Of a DNA stretch of 64,000 nucleotides, positions 22,101-35,992 are shown one piece after another. Under the pieces are notes generated by a model. It worked only from the letters and a program-made list of their open reading frames with translations. It ran no database searches and was not told where the DNA came from. Positions within the stretch are counted from its first letter, which is position 1. Each line of letters begins with the position of its first letter. Origin of the DNA: Cyanophora paradoxa CCMP329 (taxonomy: Eukaryota; Plantae; Glaucophyta). The DNA is taken from positions 186,001 to 250,000 of the forward strand of contig QPMI01000572.1 in assembly GCA_004431415.1 (NCBI GenBank). Direction: 5' to 3'. The position numbers and the translations under genes were made by a program.

Positions 22101-25100
22101 GCGGCGCGGGGCGGCGCACGGAGGATGAAGATGACGAGCGCCGCGCTGCCGACGATGATGAAGCGCTGCGTCAGCAGCTTGTTCTGCGCGCGCGGCGCGG
22201 CTAAGCTTGCAATCGAAGCAAAGTCGTATAATAGATCGGCCGCACGGCCTCGGTCTCGTCCTTGATCTGGGGCTCCGTCACCGTCGCGTTAAGGGTCCCG
22301 TAGAGGACCTAAGACCAAAGGGAGGCGCGTGAGGGCGCGCGCGGGACGGGAGGCGCGGGTTCGACTCGAGATTGGAGGGCACCGTCGCGCTCTGCGTGTC
22401 GTCCGACTCCGCGAGCAGCGCGCGCCACCGCCCGCGGCCGGGCGCGCGGGGGCCCCCGGCCTCGAGCTCGCGGAGGGACCGCGCCGCAGCCGGCGCCGCC
22501 GCCTCGCTGCGAGGGGTTGCGCCGCCGTCAAATTAAACTCATTAATATTCATCGCAGGGAGGGAGTCGAAGCGGGCGGGTCCGGCACCTGATCTCGAGGC
22601 TGGAGCCGAAGCCGCCGCCGGAGCCGAGGGCCAGCGGCTTGACCGTCGCCAGCGGGCACAGCGTGTTCGCCGGGCACTGCCCGGCGCGTCAGCTTCGCGT
22701 CAGCTTCGCGTCGGCTTTAGGAGTTCAAAAACTGAAAGGGGCGCACCGGGAGGCACTCGGTGGAGCCGTAGTCGGGCTGGTACGTCCCCGACCCGCACGG
22801 CGCGCACAGCGTCTGGTTCGCGCTCCCCCGGAACGTGCCTGGCCACGAGCGGCGGTCACACATAAATTTCGCGCAAGGGCGCGGCTGCGTGGCCGGGGGC
22901 GCATGCGCACCGGGCGGGCAGAGGGTGCACTGCGTGGAGGTCGGGTCTGAGACCGAGCCGAGGGCGCAGACGCTGCAGGCCAGGGCGGCCAGCGTGCTCG
23001 AGACGCTGCGCCCCCCCGAGTCGGCTGGGCAAGCGCGCGCCGGCGGCGAAGAAGGGGAGGGGGGACCTGTTGACGGGGCACGTGGCGCAGGCGGTAGAGT
23101 TGCCGGGAAGGTACTGGCCTGCACTCGCGATCGCCGGTCAGAGTTTAGTACGTCGAACGGCACCTGGGGCGTAGGTGCAAGTCTTGCCTGGAGCGCAGGG
23201 CGTGCACGCCGTCCTCTGCCCGTTGCTCACGTGGCCGGGCGGGCACGCGCTGCGCCCCTCTCAGAGATCTAGAGGCGGCGCGGCAGAGTCGGGCGGGGCG
23301 GGGCGACCTGCAGAAGGGGGTAGAGAGGCGCTCCGCGAAGCTGCCGTCGGGGCACGCCTCGCAGGCGGAGCCGTCCGCGGAGGGCGCCCGCCCCGCCGGG
23401 CACTCTGATAGAAGGTCAAGCGCGGCTGGACGACGCCCTGGGCGCGGGCGGGCGGGCGGGCGGGCGGGCGCGCACCGGTGCAGCTGAGCCCGTCCTCGCG
23501 CGAGATGGTGCCGGGGGCGCACGGCGTGCACGCGCCGGCGCCGAACCGGCTGTTGAACGTCCCCTGCGCCCCTTGGATTTCAGCGCGCGCGAGTGGCGTG
23601 CGAGCGCCGCTCACTAAACCGGCTCACCGACGGGCACTTGTCGCAGGCGCTCATGTCCGCGGCGCGGTAGAAGGAGACGGGGCACGGGTCGCAGGAGCGC
23701 CGGTCCAGGGACGCCGTCTGCCCGAAGATACTTAATATAAGCTTAAGCTTGTAACTGTACTTGTACTATACGAGCTAGTACTACGTATACTACGGTGCTA
23801 TAGCTAGTACCGCGAGGCCTAGGCCTAGCTATAGGGCTCGAAGTTGTGGGGGTCAGGGCGAGAGAAATCGGGACCCGAGAAACGCATCGGGAGCACCGTT
23901 CCAGCAGGGCAGGCCTGTGGCGAGTTTCGAAGGTCACATTTCGATACTTTCAAATTGCAATTGCAACGCGAAATTTAAAGATGGTTCCGCACCGTGCAGT
24001 TGCCGGCCATGCCGGTGCGGTCCGCGTACGTGTTCTCGGGGCACCGCTGGCAGGCCGCGGACCCGTCGGGCATGTACGTCCCCTCGCTGCGACGCGGGCG
24101 CCGCCTCGATCAGCGCCGCGATGAACGATTCCTGAAAGGGACGACAGAAAGCGAACCTGCAGCCGATGCACGACCGCGCGTCTTCGCTCGCGGTGTCTGC
24201 GCCGATAGCCAAACGTTAAGAGAAAGGCCAAAATGTTCCGCAGAGCGAGCCGCACATCCGAGGGGGCAGCGCGAGCAGTTCCGCTGCCCAGCCAGAGAGT
24301 ACGTGCCGGAAGGGCACTGCGAAACGGAAGCGATCATAGGATGAACGGCAATGAAAATAACGAACAGGTGTCGACGTAAGCAGAACGCAGCGCACGGCGG
24401 AGCAGTACGGAAGGCCAACTGGCTGGAAGGTGCCCGCGGGGCTGCACGAGACAAAACAGATAAAAAACCTTAGCAATTTCCGACAATTTAGAAGGCCGCA
24501 CCACCCCTCGCAGCCGGTCCCGTCCGTCGTGATGGTGCCGTCGGGGCACTTGGAGCACCCTCCGACGGCGCCTGCCGCGCCGCGAAATCGGATATCGGTG
24601 GCGCGCAGAGGGTCGAATTCGAGGAGTCGGCTCGGGGCGCGCGCGCGGACCGCCGGTGGAGAACTCGAACGGGGGGCACTTGAGGCAGATGGCGATGCCG
24701 GCCTGGCCCACGTGGAGGTACTCGCTCGCTGCGCGTCGTCGTCGGCGATGGCGCCGTCGTCGACGGCGCGGCCGGCGCGGGCGATCGCGAACCGGGGCAG
24801 GTGAGGCAGGGGGAGGTCCAGCCGAGGGTCGGCGTGTACGAGTTGTTCGCGCTGCGCTGTCTGGTGAGACGAAGCCGAAGGCACCCGGACCCGCGCGGCC
24901 GCCGACGCGGCGGACCAGGGCCGGCAGCCGGCGCCGGCGTCGACGCCGAAGGTGTTCTGCGGGCAGCTCGTGCACGCGCTCGCGCCCGGCTCAGAGTACG
25001 TCCCTTTCCTGCGCGCCGAAGCGCATCGATGCTGTCAGGCGCCGAATACTTCGATCGCCCGCGCTAGGGGCGGCGTGGGCGCGCGCGCGGGCGCACGGGC

Positions 25101-28100
25101 AGGGGCTGCAGGCCGTCGCGCCCCCCTCGGCGAACGTGTTGGCGCCGCAGACGGCCGCCTCCGTGATGTTGACGAGCCTGCTTCGGGATGAGAGGGGCTC
25201 GCCGAGGATTTCGAAGACATCGATGGCCAGCTCACCCGGTGCGGTTACTGGAGTAGCCCGGGGCGAGGCCGACGCAGGCGCCGTCGGCGTGCCAGTAGAG
25301 GGTCCCCGCCGGGCAGTCCGTCCGCACCGCCAGCACCTCCGGCCTGCGAAACATTCAGCGAAGAACCGAAGAGTTGCCGGGTTTGCGCTTCATCCTAAGC
25401 TAAGGCCGGCATGCGCTTCATCTGGAGCTGAAGGCTCGCTTTATCTTTATCTTCATATTCAGCCAAGGTGTTGCCGGGCCGGCTAGCGCTCCATCTCAGC
25501 GCACGGTTTGGTGGTGTAGAAGAAGAGCCGCCGCCCGAGCGCCGCGTTCGCCGTCGCGTTGGAGCCCTCCTCGGGGGCCAGCACGCCGCTGAAAGAGGAA
25601 GTTGAGCGAATTCGGAGCAAATGTGTACGCCGCCAAAGCGAATCGAGAGCGGCGTCGACGTCACGGGGCATGCGCACCGGACGCCGGTCGTGAAGCCGTT
25701 GACGACGACGACGGGCCCCATGGCGGCGGCCTCCGCGCCGAAGACCTTGAGCAGCTGCGCGCCCTTCACGAACGGCCCCGAGAAGTCCACCTGGCGAGCG
25801 GTCAGGCCGGCGCTCGCGTGCACGCGCGCGGAAATTGGCGCAATTTCCGCGCGGCGCGCGCTAGACGTGCCTTGCGGCCGACGACGTCCGGGTCAACCGT
25901 GTCGCCCGCCAGCCTGCAGGCGAGGAACGTGACTTTATGGATGCCACAAGCTCGAGCAGACGCGGGACGCCGTCGCTGCACGCGAACGCAGACGCACCCG
26001 GGGCCGTCCGGCGCCTCCATGATCTCCCTCGCGATGAACAACGCCCCACCCTGCGCCGCTCGGCTTTAATTTCCGATCGACGTGATATGATCCCGAACGC
26101 ACCTGGAGAGCCGCAGCCCCGACGCTGTACCATCTGCGGCGCGACGGGCTCCACCCCGCGGCCTCGGTCATGTTCAGCCGGTCAACGATCTCGCCGCCGA
26201 TCGCGCTCCGCTCCCCCTCACCGCCGCCCGGATCCGCGGGTCTTCTGCGCGTCATCGTGATCAGAGGCGGATCGCACAGCTAGAGGCGCGGCGGAGCCGA
26301 AGGTCCCACCGGAAGCGGACGACGACGTCGCCGACGACGTAGAAGCCGAAGCGGGCGCCGTCCACGAACCGGCCCTCCAGCGCGCCGTAGCCGGCCGACC
26401 TGCCCGGCAGACACGTCAGAGCCGAAAGTTTCTTAGAGACGGCGCCGACGGCTTGAAGGGCGGGCACCCGTAGCGGGGGACGGCGTTGACGGCGACGAAC
26501 TGGTCGTCGAGGTGGAGGGCGGCGCTGTGGACGACGTCGGCGGCGTCGAGCACGGGCCGGCCCCGGTCCTTGACGTCCAGCGTGGCCGGCGGGTGCACGA
26601 GCCACGCGAGCCGCAGCGTGAGGTGGTGGACGGCGCCGGCCAGCGGGATGTCGCTCCGGCGGGCGGGGTCCGAGAGCAGCGGCAGCTCGGCCGGCGCCAC
26701 GCCGAGCGCGGCGGCGCCCGGGAAGAGCGGGAAGCGGACGATCCCGGCGACGCGGAGCGGCGACGACGGGTCGCTCACGTTGACGCGCGGCCCCGCCACG
26801 AGGGTCTGCACGGTCGGCACGGGCGGGTACGAGACGGCCCAGTACTTGAAGAGGCCGCTGGGGTACATGGGGAAGGGGTTGGTGGAGTAGCCGGGGGGTA
26901 CGAGGTGCCCGAACTTGACGAGCACGTTGCCGAAGAAGGCGAGCGAGTCGCTGAAGGCGTCCAGCGGGAGCGGGAGCGACCCGGAGCCCGGGCAGTAGCG
27001 CAGGCTGTACGTCGGGAGGTACCAGTGGGCGCGGTCCACGAACTCTGCGTCTGCCATGGCCGGCTGCAGCTGCAGCGCGGACCGCCGGTGCCTCTGGGTT
27101 TTGCGCTGGACCGATCCCGGCGTCGGGGCCGGGGCCCGCGGGGGGCTGACGATCGCGTTCGCCCTGAACGTCGCAGGGGGCCACCCGGTGGGCTGAACGT
27201 AAGTCGGCTGCGCGCCGTGGCTCACGACGCTGCGAACGAACGATCGCGAGCGGCGCGGGCCGTGAGGGACGGCCAGGGGGAAAGGGGGGGGGGGGGGGGG
27301 GGGTAAGGGGGAGGGGGTGGGGTGGGGGCGGGGGAAGGGGCGCACGCGATGCACGACCTCCAGTCGCTACCGTAGCCGAAACGCGCCGACTGGATCATGT
27401 CTCCGTATGCGGAAACCTGCCCGTTGCCGTTCGTAGAGTCGACGATCAACCCCGCTGCGCGCGTGCCACCGAGTTGCGTCAGCGGCGTCAGCGGTGAAGG
27501 AAAGGGGGGTGCGGAGCAAGCGGACTCGAGGGGTCAAGCAGCATGTGTTGAGCTGCGGCCGGACGCAGAGCCGCGTCAGCTGCTGTGTCGGTCATCTCTC
27601 GAAGGGTTCGGCCGCACCGTTCTTGGGGATGAGGAGGAGGTGGGTGTAGCAGCCGGCAATGGCGTGCTCGACGGCGCCCAGCGGCGCGTCTTGGGCGACT
27701 TGGACCCACTGGAGCGGCGCGGTAGACGCGAGGTCGACGAAGCTGGCGGGCGCGCGCGGTTTGCGGTCAGTGGCGCGGCACGCGGGGCCGCATAGAGGGC
27801 GGGCGAGAGTGCGCACAGGATGGTCGTGATCGCCGCAGTCACGGTCCCGGCGAATTGAACGTTCATCTTATTCGCGGACGGGAACGAGAGGTACCACCGG
27901 GATCCTGATATCGATCATGGTCAAGAAAACCCCATGGCCATGGCGGCAAAAGAGGTTTGTTTCTAGATCTGGCCTTCCCCAGATCCAGAGAGGCGCACCG
28001 ATGCGGGCGCAGGAGATGTCGGGGCCCCCGTAGGGGAGCGTCAGGTCCGGGACGGCGATCCACTGGCTGCCGTCGAACCTGCCCCGAACGCGCCCATCAG

Positions 28101-31100
28101 AAATTTGAGCGGAAGGCAACGGCCGCAAAATCTAGAGCGCCCACCGCTGCATGTCTGCGCCGCCGAAGGACGAGGTCGTGCCCGTCGTCACGTAGACTTG
28201 CCCCGCGTGGACCGTCATGCCTGAGCCAAAGAGGGTCGGGCGCATCCGAGAGGAAGCGGTCGAGGCGGGGCGCCGGCGCGGGCGCGCACAGTGCATCCAG
28301 CGGGCCTCGGGGAGGGGCGGGAGGTCCTCGCGGGCGCTCAGGCCGACGTCGAAGCGGTAGAAGTCGGTGACGCCAGCTAAACTCGACGAAGAGCCCGCCG
28401 CCGGATCCGGCCCGTAGCCCCCCGAGCAGTAGATGTACCCCGCCGGGTTCTCGTCCCACGCGCACGCGAGCAGAAGCACGGCCGAAGGCAACGTCGCCGG
28501 GGCGACGCTCCAGACGTTCGAGTCTGCCATGCGTGCGCGTTGGCAGCCAGCCGCCGGTGGGTTGGCGGCCGCGGCCGACGCCGCCGACAATAGCCGGAGC
28601 GCCCCGGGCCGCACGTACCAATGTCGTAGACGATCACGGACGGGTGGTACGCGTCGAAGGCGGAGCCGTAGCTCCCGTCGAACCCCCCGAACACAGCGTA
28701 CTTCAGGCCCGAGGACGTGTTGAAGAGGGCGGCGCCCGGCGCCTCGCGGCCTGCCAGGCCGAGCTGCGAACCCGCCGACTGCGCATCGCGCGGCGGTGAG
28801 GCGGCGTGCGCGCGCGCGGTGTCGGTGCGCCTGGGGAGGCGCGATCGCGATCACGGGCGCACGGTGGGCACGGCAGGGGCGTCCGCTTGCGCCAGCATCG
28901 GCACGTTGTAAGCTGGAGAGGGCGCGCCGTCAGGGTGCGCGTTCGGGCAGAGGGGTGGCGGGGGCCGCCGCACTCAGGCTGCTCTGCGGCGGGAGGTCGC
29001 AGCCCGTCCCGCACGTGGCTTCCGCGTACTGGGTCCCCCCGCTGGGCGGGCGGCGCCGTCGACGTCAGGCGAGCGCTGCGGGGGAGATCTAGAGGCGGGC
29101 GGCAGCGGGGCGCGCACTAGCAGCCGCGGTAGCACTCCTCGATGAGCGCGCAGCGCTGCAGCTCGAGGCAGCAGCAGTACGGCGTCTGCAGCATCAGATA
29201 CTGCGGGTCGCTCCGACGGTCAGCTCGGGGCGGCCCCGCGCGCGGGCGTTGCAATTGGAAGCTCAAGAGGTCTCGATGATATCTAATTGTAATCTCGGCG
29301 GCGGGGCGGGGCGGGGCGGGGCGCGCACGTCGGTGTTGGCGACGTAGGGGTCGTAGTTGGTGCCGAGGGAGGACGTCGAGGAGGGCGAACCTTCGTCCAG
29401 CCCCGTGAACACGCTCCCGCCCTCCTCCTGCCGCGCCGCTGCGTCAGGGGCGCGGGCTGCTGGGCCGAGCGCGCGCTGAGCTGGTCGTATGCCAAGCTTA
29501 AGCTATGCCAAGTTGGGCTCTTTCCAGGTGGGGAGGGCGGGGCGCGGGGCGGACGGAGAGGCCGAGGGTGACGAGGGATGTGGGGCTGGAGACGCCCCCG
29601 CAGGTGCCCCCGCCCATCGACGTCCCGAAGCACGACGACGAGGACGTCAGCCCCGCCCCTGCGTCCGCGCCAGCTAGCTCAGTGCTAGCTCGCGACGCGG
29701 TTCGGTTTGGATTGTAAGGCGCGGCGCGCCGGAGGAGTAGTACTGGAAGGCGTCGAAGGAGGGCGGCGGGGTCGCCAGCGGCTCGTCCAGCAGCGCCGCG
29801 GAGCCTCCGCCGGCACCGGCGCCTCCGCCGCCGACGGCGGTGAGGTCCTCTCCGGAGAGGGACGCCCCCGCGGCGGCGCCCTGCCCCGTGTACAGCAGCC
29901 GGATCGTCGAAGCGAGGCCGTAGTCCAGCGCCTCCGGCCTGCACAAAATCAGAAAACGATAAGAAGGAGAAGCAGGAGAGGAGGAAAAAAGCCTAGGAGG
30001 AGGGAGGGGCACCGGAGGCCGCGGAGGCGGGCGGCGACGTCGAGGACGGCGGCCTCGGGCAGGTCGCTCGCCGCCTCGGCCCGCGGGCAGCCCGTGTCCA
30101 CGTTCAGGCACGACGGCCGCGCCAGCTATGCGAGGGCGAGGCGAGGCGTCAACGCGGCTTTGGACGTCCCCGGGGACGCTTTTTGTTCGGACCTTGGAGG
30201 AGTAGAGGGCCATGCCGCGCCCCTCGAAGGCGAAGTACTGCACGTCGTACCCCTCCAGCGAGCCCCCTGCCGGGCGCCCCACCTCAGGAGAGGGGCCTCG
30301 GCTCGAGGCTGGAGGCGGGCGGGGGCACCCGGGGAGGCCTGGCCGCTCAAGGATTCGACGACGTAGTCCTCCTCAAAGGAGCAGCCGATGCCGCCCAGCG
30401 TCAGCTGGTACAGCGCCTTCCGCTGGTACGTCTCCCACTGCGCGGCCGGGCGAGCTTTAGATTCAGCTTTAGATTCGGGGCCCGGCTGGGGCCGAACCTT
30501 GGAGAAGGAGGAGCCGCGGGGCGGGGGCTTGGCGTCCGACACCCCGAAGATCCCCGACGCCGATGCCTGCGGTCAGAGGTTAGAGGTCTGAAGGGAGAGG
30601 GGGCCGGGCGGGGCGCGCCTGGCGCAGGAGGTCCGCGTGCAGCACGCACGGGAGCCAGCCGTAGCGCGTCTGCGGCGTCGACGGGAGTCAAAGGAGAGGA
30701 GCGAAGGCGCTGGCCTGGGGAGAGCGAAGGAGCCGGGGCGGGGCGGGCCTTGCGGCGGTTGGTGTAGAAGTGGGCGAAGTAGAGGTTCGAGAAGAGGGCC
30801 GTCGCCCCGATGTTCCGCACCTGCCGGGGCCGGAGTCAGTTCAGGCTTAGGCTAGCTGAGGCTAATTTATAAGCTGGGGGCGCGCGCCCGGCCGGTGAAG
30901 GCGGTGGATGCGAGGATGACGCGCTGGGCCTGCTGGAGCGCCAGCTCCCGGCTGTACCGCACGGGGCCCGTCCCGTTCTCCGCCCGGTAGTACCCCGACA
31001 GGCTCGGGTCCATCAGCACCTCCGCGAAGTCCATCGCCCCTGGCGGGGGGAAAGGGGGTGGGGGGTACAGCGTCACGTTCCGAGGGCGAAGGGGGGGAGA

Positions 31101-32750
31101 GCGAGAGGGGGTACCGCCCATGAGGTCGCGGTAGGCGACGCCGGCCACGCGGGCGAAGCCGGCGGCGATGGCGTCCTCTGCGCTCGGGCCGCCCGAGTCC
31201 GCCGAGAGCCGCCGCCGCCGGGCCGGGCCCTTCCCCGCCGCGGTCTGGGGTACGCGGTGAGGAGGGGGCGATCTCGGCGCGAAGGGGGGTACGCGGCACC
31301 GCCAGGCGCTCCCGGAGCGACGCCTGGTTCTCGTTCTTGATCGCGAGGTACGCCTGCGAAGGGTTGGGCCGGGCCCCCGACGGGGTGGGAGGGGTACGGG
31401 GTTGCCTGGACGACTGAATCGTCGAGACCCGTAACGAGGTCCCCCTGGAGGAGCGCCTGTACCCCCGCCAGCAGCCGGACCTGAGGGAGCGTGGGCGGAG
31501 AAGAGACGACAGAAAATGTCGGGGGCAATCGCGAGGGAGGAGGAGAGGGAGGGGGGGGGCACGTTGCTTGTGAGGTTCTGAAGGAGTTCGGGGTACGCGC
31601 TGAGGTAAGCTGTCTCCTCTGGTCCAAAGAATTGCGGGAGGGGGTACGCGATCCGCCTCGTGGCGCCTGACGGGGGTGCGGCTCGGCAGGGAAGAGAGAC
31701 GCACCCCCCGCGGATCCGGAGGGGTACGCACCGGCGCTGGAGATGATGGTGACGTCGGGGGGTATGGGAAGGCCGATGTCCTGCATCCAGTGGAAGCTCA
31801 CCGGCCGCAGCGCGTCGAGGTCCACCTCGCTGCGCCGCGCCGCTCGATCGGGGGGTACCGTGAATGGACTTGGGGGGGTACCTGACGAAGAACTTGCCCG
31901 TCGCCTCCCGCCCAATGAACATCGCGCGATTGCCCGCGAGCCCGGCGATCTGGGACGGGCGCACGGCGTCGGCCGCACCCCCGTCGGCAACCGGCGTACC
32001 CCGGCGGACCTTGGGGTACGAGGGCATGAGCGCCGCAACCATGATCTCGGTCGTCGGCGCCGTCTGCAGCGTGAACTTGCTCGCCGCGGAGGAGGAGGAG
32101 GCGCCGTGCGCCGCCCCGTCCGCCGCCTGCGCGGCGCCTGCACGGGCGAGGCCGCTCGTGATCAGCCTCGCGCGCTGGGGCGGAGCGGGGCCGGCCGCGG
32201 GCGCAGGGGCCGCACTGATGACGTCCTGCACGGAGAGCGTGCGCCGCCCGCGCGCCGCGCCGACGTCGGACGGAGAGAGCGCGAGGAGGACCAGAAAGAT
32301 GCCCCGCAGGAGCGGCAAGCCGCCCGCTGCGCCGCCGGCGCCGCCGGCCTTCCTCCGACGGGCCTGCGGCACGCGGTGAGCCGAGCTGTGGCGCGGCTGC
32401 ACTCTCAACAGCGAACGGAGCACCGCGGGGCGCCGGCCCGGCCCAGGCGTGTGTGCCGAAGGCGCGTGGCCATGGCCGTGCGCGATGGGAGCGGTCGCCG
32501 CGGCGGATGCGAGGCCGCGCCGCGCAGGAAGCCCTCGATTCCAACTCGGCGTATGCGAATACGCAAGCGCCGCTCGCTCCGGCAGGCTGCTGTTTGCGAA
32601 CACTTGCGGGGACCGGGGGTGTTCGGAGGAGATGCAGCGGCTGGACCGACGGGGAGAGCGTCGGGCTCGGGAAGAGCACGGCGTAATGGCGCCTGGGCAG
32701 CGATGTGCATCGCCGGGCGCCCGGCAGGCCGGCTCGTGCCACGTTGACAT
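19177..32750 (-). CDS. Very large membrane protein: signal-like segment, unknown N-terminal region, Kelch-like repeats, GCC2/GCC3 (ephrin-receptor-like) Cys-rich repeats and several C-terminal TM helices
   Basis: Same-strand exon chain: LLRGIFLVLLALS (~32300); YAVFGGFDG, YIYCSGGY and PPLPEARWMH-GMTVHAGQVYV (28000-28750); many CxxCPxGT(Y/F) units (22640-25350); hydrophobic segments FIIVGSAALVIFIL, GLLLYAWVWLL, AFFTLLGAAAVFLAVSF and ILDFLSALYALGLAAF; stop at 19177. Single-gene status and the start are inferred. Confidence 0.72.
20837..20963. repeat. Intronic minisatellite (TTAGCTTCTTC)n, about 11-12 copies
   Basis: Directly visible 11-bp unit in an intron of the large - strand gene. Confidence 0.95.
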
Positions 32751-33249
32751 CGCGCCCAGCGCAGCCCTCCGAGTCAGCACGGCATCGTTGATTACGTGCT
32801 GAATCGTTCACTGAACGGAACAGCGGGTCGCGGCTACCTTATCCGCTTTGACCACAGGACCACCGGCGGCGGGGTACGCGTGCTGGCTCCGAGCTCACGC
32901 ATAGCGATCCAAGCCGTTTCCTACTCGCTGGCAGAGTCGCTGCTCCGGTTGCTGCCACGTTCTGCACCTGGACCGCAACTTGCCCACCGATTCAGCGCGG
33001 AGTCGGCAACGTGAACTCAGCTGCGCGCGCGGGTCGCGGGATCACGGGCAGTGTGGTTCAGAGGCAGCAAGCGAGTCGACCACGCCGCAAGTTGGCCCCG
33101 TACCCTTATCCGCAAGCTGGCGCCTCTAGATCTCCACGATGCAAGAAAGGTCGCGGGCCCGCGGCCGCGGGCATGCGCAGCAGGTGAGCTTAGCTGCGCG
33201 CTTTGAACGTGCCGCCGCTCGCCGCTAATGGTGTGGGCGACCAGACCGA

Positions 33250-35992
33250 ATGCGCGCCGGCCGCGGCCGCGGCCGCGGCCGCATCTGCAGCCTGAGCCTT
33301 GGCCTCTTGCCGCTCGGTGCTTTCTGGATCGGGCTCTTTGCAATTGAATTCCACATTGCCGCCGCGCAAACATTTGTCCGTCTTCCCTCGCCCCCCGCCG
33401 CGCATTCGAGCGCCGGCGCTGATTCTCGCGGCCCGCGACCGCCTCGCAGGTCCCTTGGCAGCCTCCCCCGGCCATCTTCAAGGTGAGCGCGCGCGCGGCC
33501 GCCGGCCGCGGGTGCACGCGCTCGAGCTCACGCGCGCCCTCTTCCGGATCCTTTGCGCGGCCGCCTTCAGATCGCCGGTGCGCATCGCCCCGGTCTCCGT
33601 CCCATCTCACATCTAATTGCAATCTATTTTCAGGAACAATCGAAACGGGCCTTCCTTCGGGCGCGCTGGGCGCAGGTGGGCCACGCGACCGGCGGCCGGC
33701 GAGCCCGCGGCCGACCCGCCCCCGCAGGGACGGCCACGTCGCTCGGCGACATTTACGGCCTCGTCTACTGCCCCCTCGACCGCTCCCTCTACTACACTTC
33801 CCCCTGTGCGAGAATCCCTGCCCCCCCCCCTCCTCCTCCCCCCTCTCCTCCCACCTCCCCTCCTCCTTCCCTCCCCCTCCTCCCCCCCCCCCCCCCCCCG
33901 CACTCGCATACTCCTGCCCCTCCAGTCGCTCGTCGCCCCCCTTCCCTCCCTTCCTCCATCCATTCCCCCCCCCCCCCAGGCGGACGACTTTGTTAACCCG
34001 TACCCCCCTCGCTCAGTGGACTGGAACTTCCGGCGTGTCTCGACGAGCCCCCCGTACATGATTACGGAGTACAAGACGGGCACCATGAGCGCGAAGTCGC
34101 TCGCGATCGACAAGGACTGGTACCCTTGCCCCTCCCCCCGGCCCGTGGCCCCTGCCCGGCCCGCCTGGCGGGCCGCGCCGGCGACGGCGGCCGCAGCAAC
34201 ATATACGCGACCACCGACACCGGGGGAAACCAAGTCGCCAAGGTGCCGCGAACCAAGATAGAACAGGCCTTCCCGAAACGCCCCCCGATCTATTAGGAGG
34301 GGGTACCCCATGGATCGTGACCCCGTACCCCGCTGGAACCCAATGCACCGGACCCCGCAGCCTTGTCCTGACCAGCTCCCGCCCGGCCCGCCCGCCCGCA
34401 GATCACCCCGGGCGGGACAGTGACCACAGTCGGCATGCTCCCGGCCACGGCCTACGCTCTCGCGATCGACGCGACACGCGGCAACATCGTGCGCCGCCCC
34501 TCTCGAGGCGCCCTTTCCGCGTTGCCTCGAGCCCGGAGCCCCCGTCTTACGACCAATCGCACGGCCCGTGGTCAGTGGGTCTCATTCGCGAGCACCAAAG
34601 GCCTGGGCAAGGTGCGCCGTTTTCCTCGCCGGGTTGCTCCCTCCTCGCGATCGTCCCGTGCGCGCCTGAGGCAGCGGGCGGCGCCGGCCCCCCCCCCCCC
34701 CCCCCCCCCCAAAGGTCAACATGCTCACGGGAACCTACACGGAGGCAAGCCCGCGCCCGCGCCCTTCGCCCGCGCCGGCAGGCCGGCCCGCCCTGGCGTT
34801 CTCGCTCGAACTCGGCCCCGCAGGTCATCTCGTCGACGACCGCGACGCCCAACACCGAAACAGCCGTGCGCCGCTTCCCACCCTTTTCCTTCTGCTCGCC
34901 CCTTTCTTGTTGTCGATGCGGCGCGCGCGCGCGCAGGCGCTCGCCGTAGACACGACCCGCGACCGGCTCTGGTGGATGGTGCCCGCCCGCCAGAGCGCCC
35001 CTGCCCGCGCCCGCGCCCCCCGACGTCGACCCGGCCGGCCGGCCGGCAGACCTCGCAGAAGAGCATCCACTACCTCGACCTGAAGACGGACACGGCCAAC
35101 CCCAACAGCGTCTGCACGTGCGCCCTTAAGCTTAAGCTTGCGCGCTCGCTCGCGCGCGCCATCCCCGGCGTCGTGGCTGCGGGCTGACCGTCCGCTGACG
35201 CCTCTTCGCAGGGACGGGCTCAACTGGGAGCTGAGGGACGGTCCCTGCGCGACGGCGCGCATCTACGGGCCCGGGAACATGCAGGCGCGCCCCCGCGGCC
35301 CCCCGATGGCCCCGTCTGCTCGATCTCGCGCGCGCGCGCGCGCTGATTTCGGGCTCGACTCGCATCGAAACAGTACGTCGAGGACCTCGATGCGATCATA
35401 TTCCCGGAGCAGCTCGGCGCCATGCGCGTCCTTAAGCTCAAGGTCGGCTCGGGGGCCTGCAGCTTGGATCGACGCCTGCAGCGCTAGCGGCTCTGACCGT
35501 GACCGCGACCGCGCTCCAGGAGATGGAGATCATGACCATAGCGGGCGGGAACCAGGACGCGGCCGTCACGACGAACGCGGACGGCGTCGGCACCGCTGCC
35601 CGCATCGCCCACGTCCGCCCTCTCGCTGATTCGACTGGTGCTCCTGCATCTTGAGACTGTGGCTAACCTGCCCCCGCTCGATCAGGCCCGAGCGGCCGCG
35701 TGGGACAGCGTCACGGGCGACTTGTATCTAGGCGTAGGGTACGGCGCGGGGTGGATCTTCAGGTGCGGCCGCCCGCCCCCGGGTACGGCGGGGGCTATAG
35801 AGAGGTCCAGAGCTCGAGGGCGGTTCGGATCAGAGCGCCCGCCGGCCGCGGCCGGTCGCCGCCTCTGACGGGGCCGGGGGCGGGGCGGGGGGCAGGATCA
35901 CGACGGGCACGTCGTTCCTGAAGCGGTACTCGCGCCTCGTGATCAACAGCGGCTCCGTCGCCCTCGCCAGCGGCGCCATCGTCCTCGAGTAG
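33250..35992 (+). CDS. Secreted or membrane NHL-like beta-propeller protein, copy 1
   Basis: Hydrophobic N-terminus (LGLLPLGAFWIGLFAIEFHIAAAQ). Spliced repeats YGLVYCPLDRSLYY, SLAIDKD..NIYA, YALAIDATRGNIWV, ALAVDTTRDRLWW, TIAGG..DGVGTAARI and AAAWDSVTGDLYLG. TAG at 35990-35992. Confidence 0.78.
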
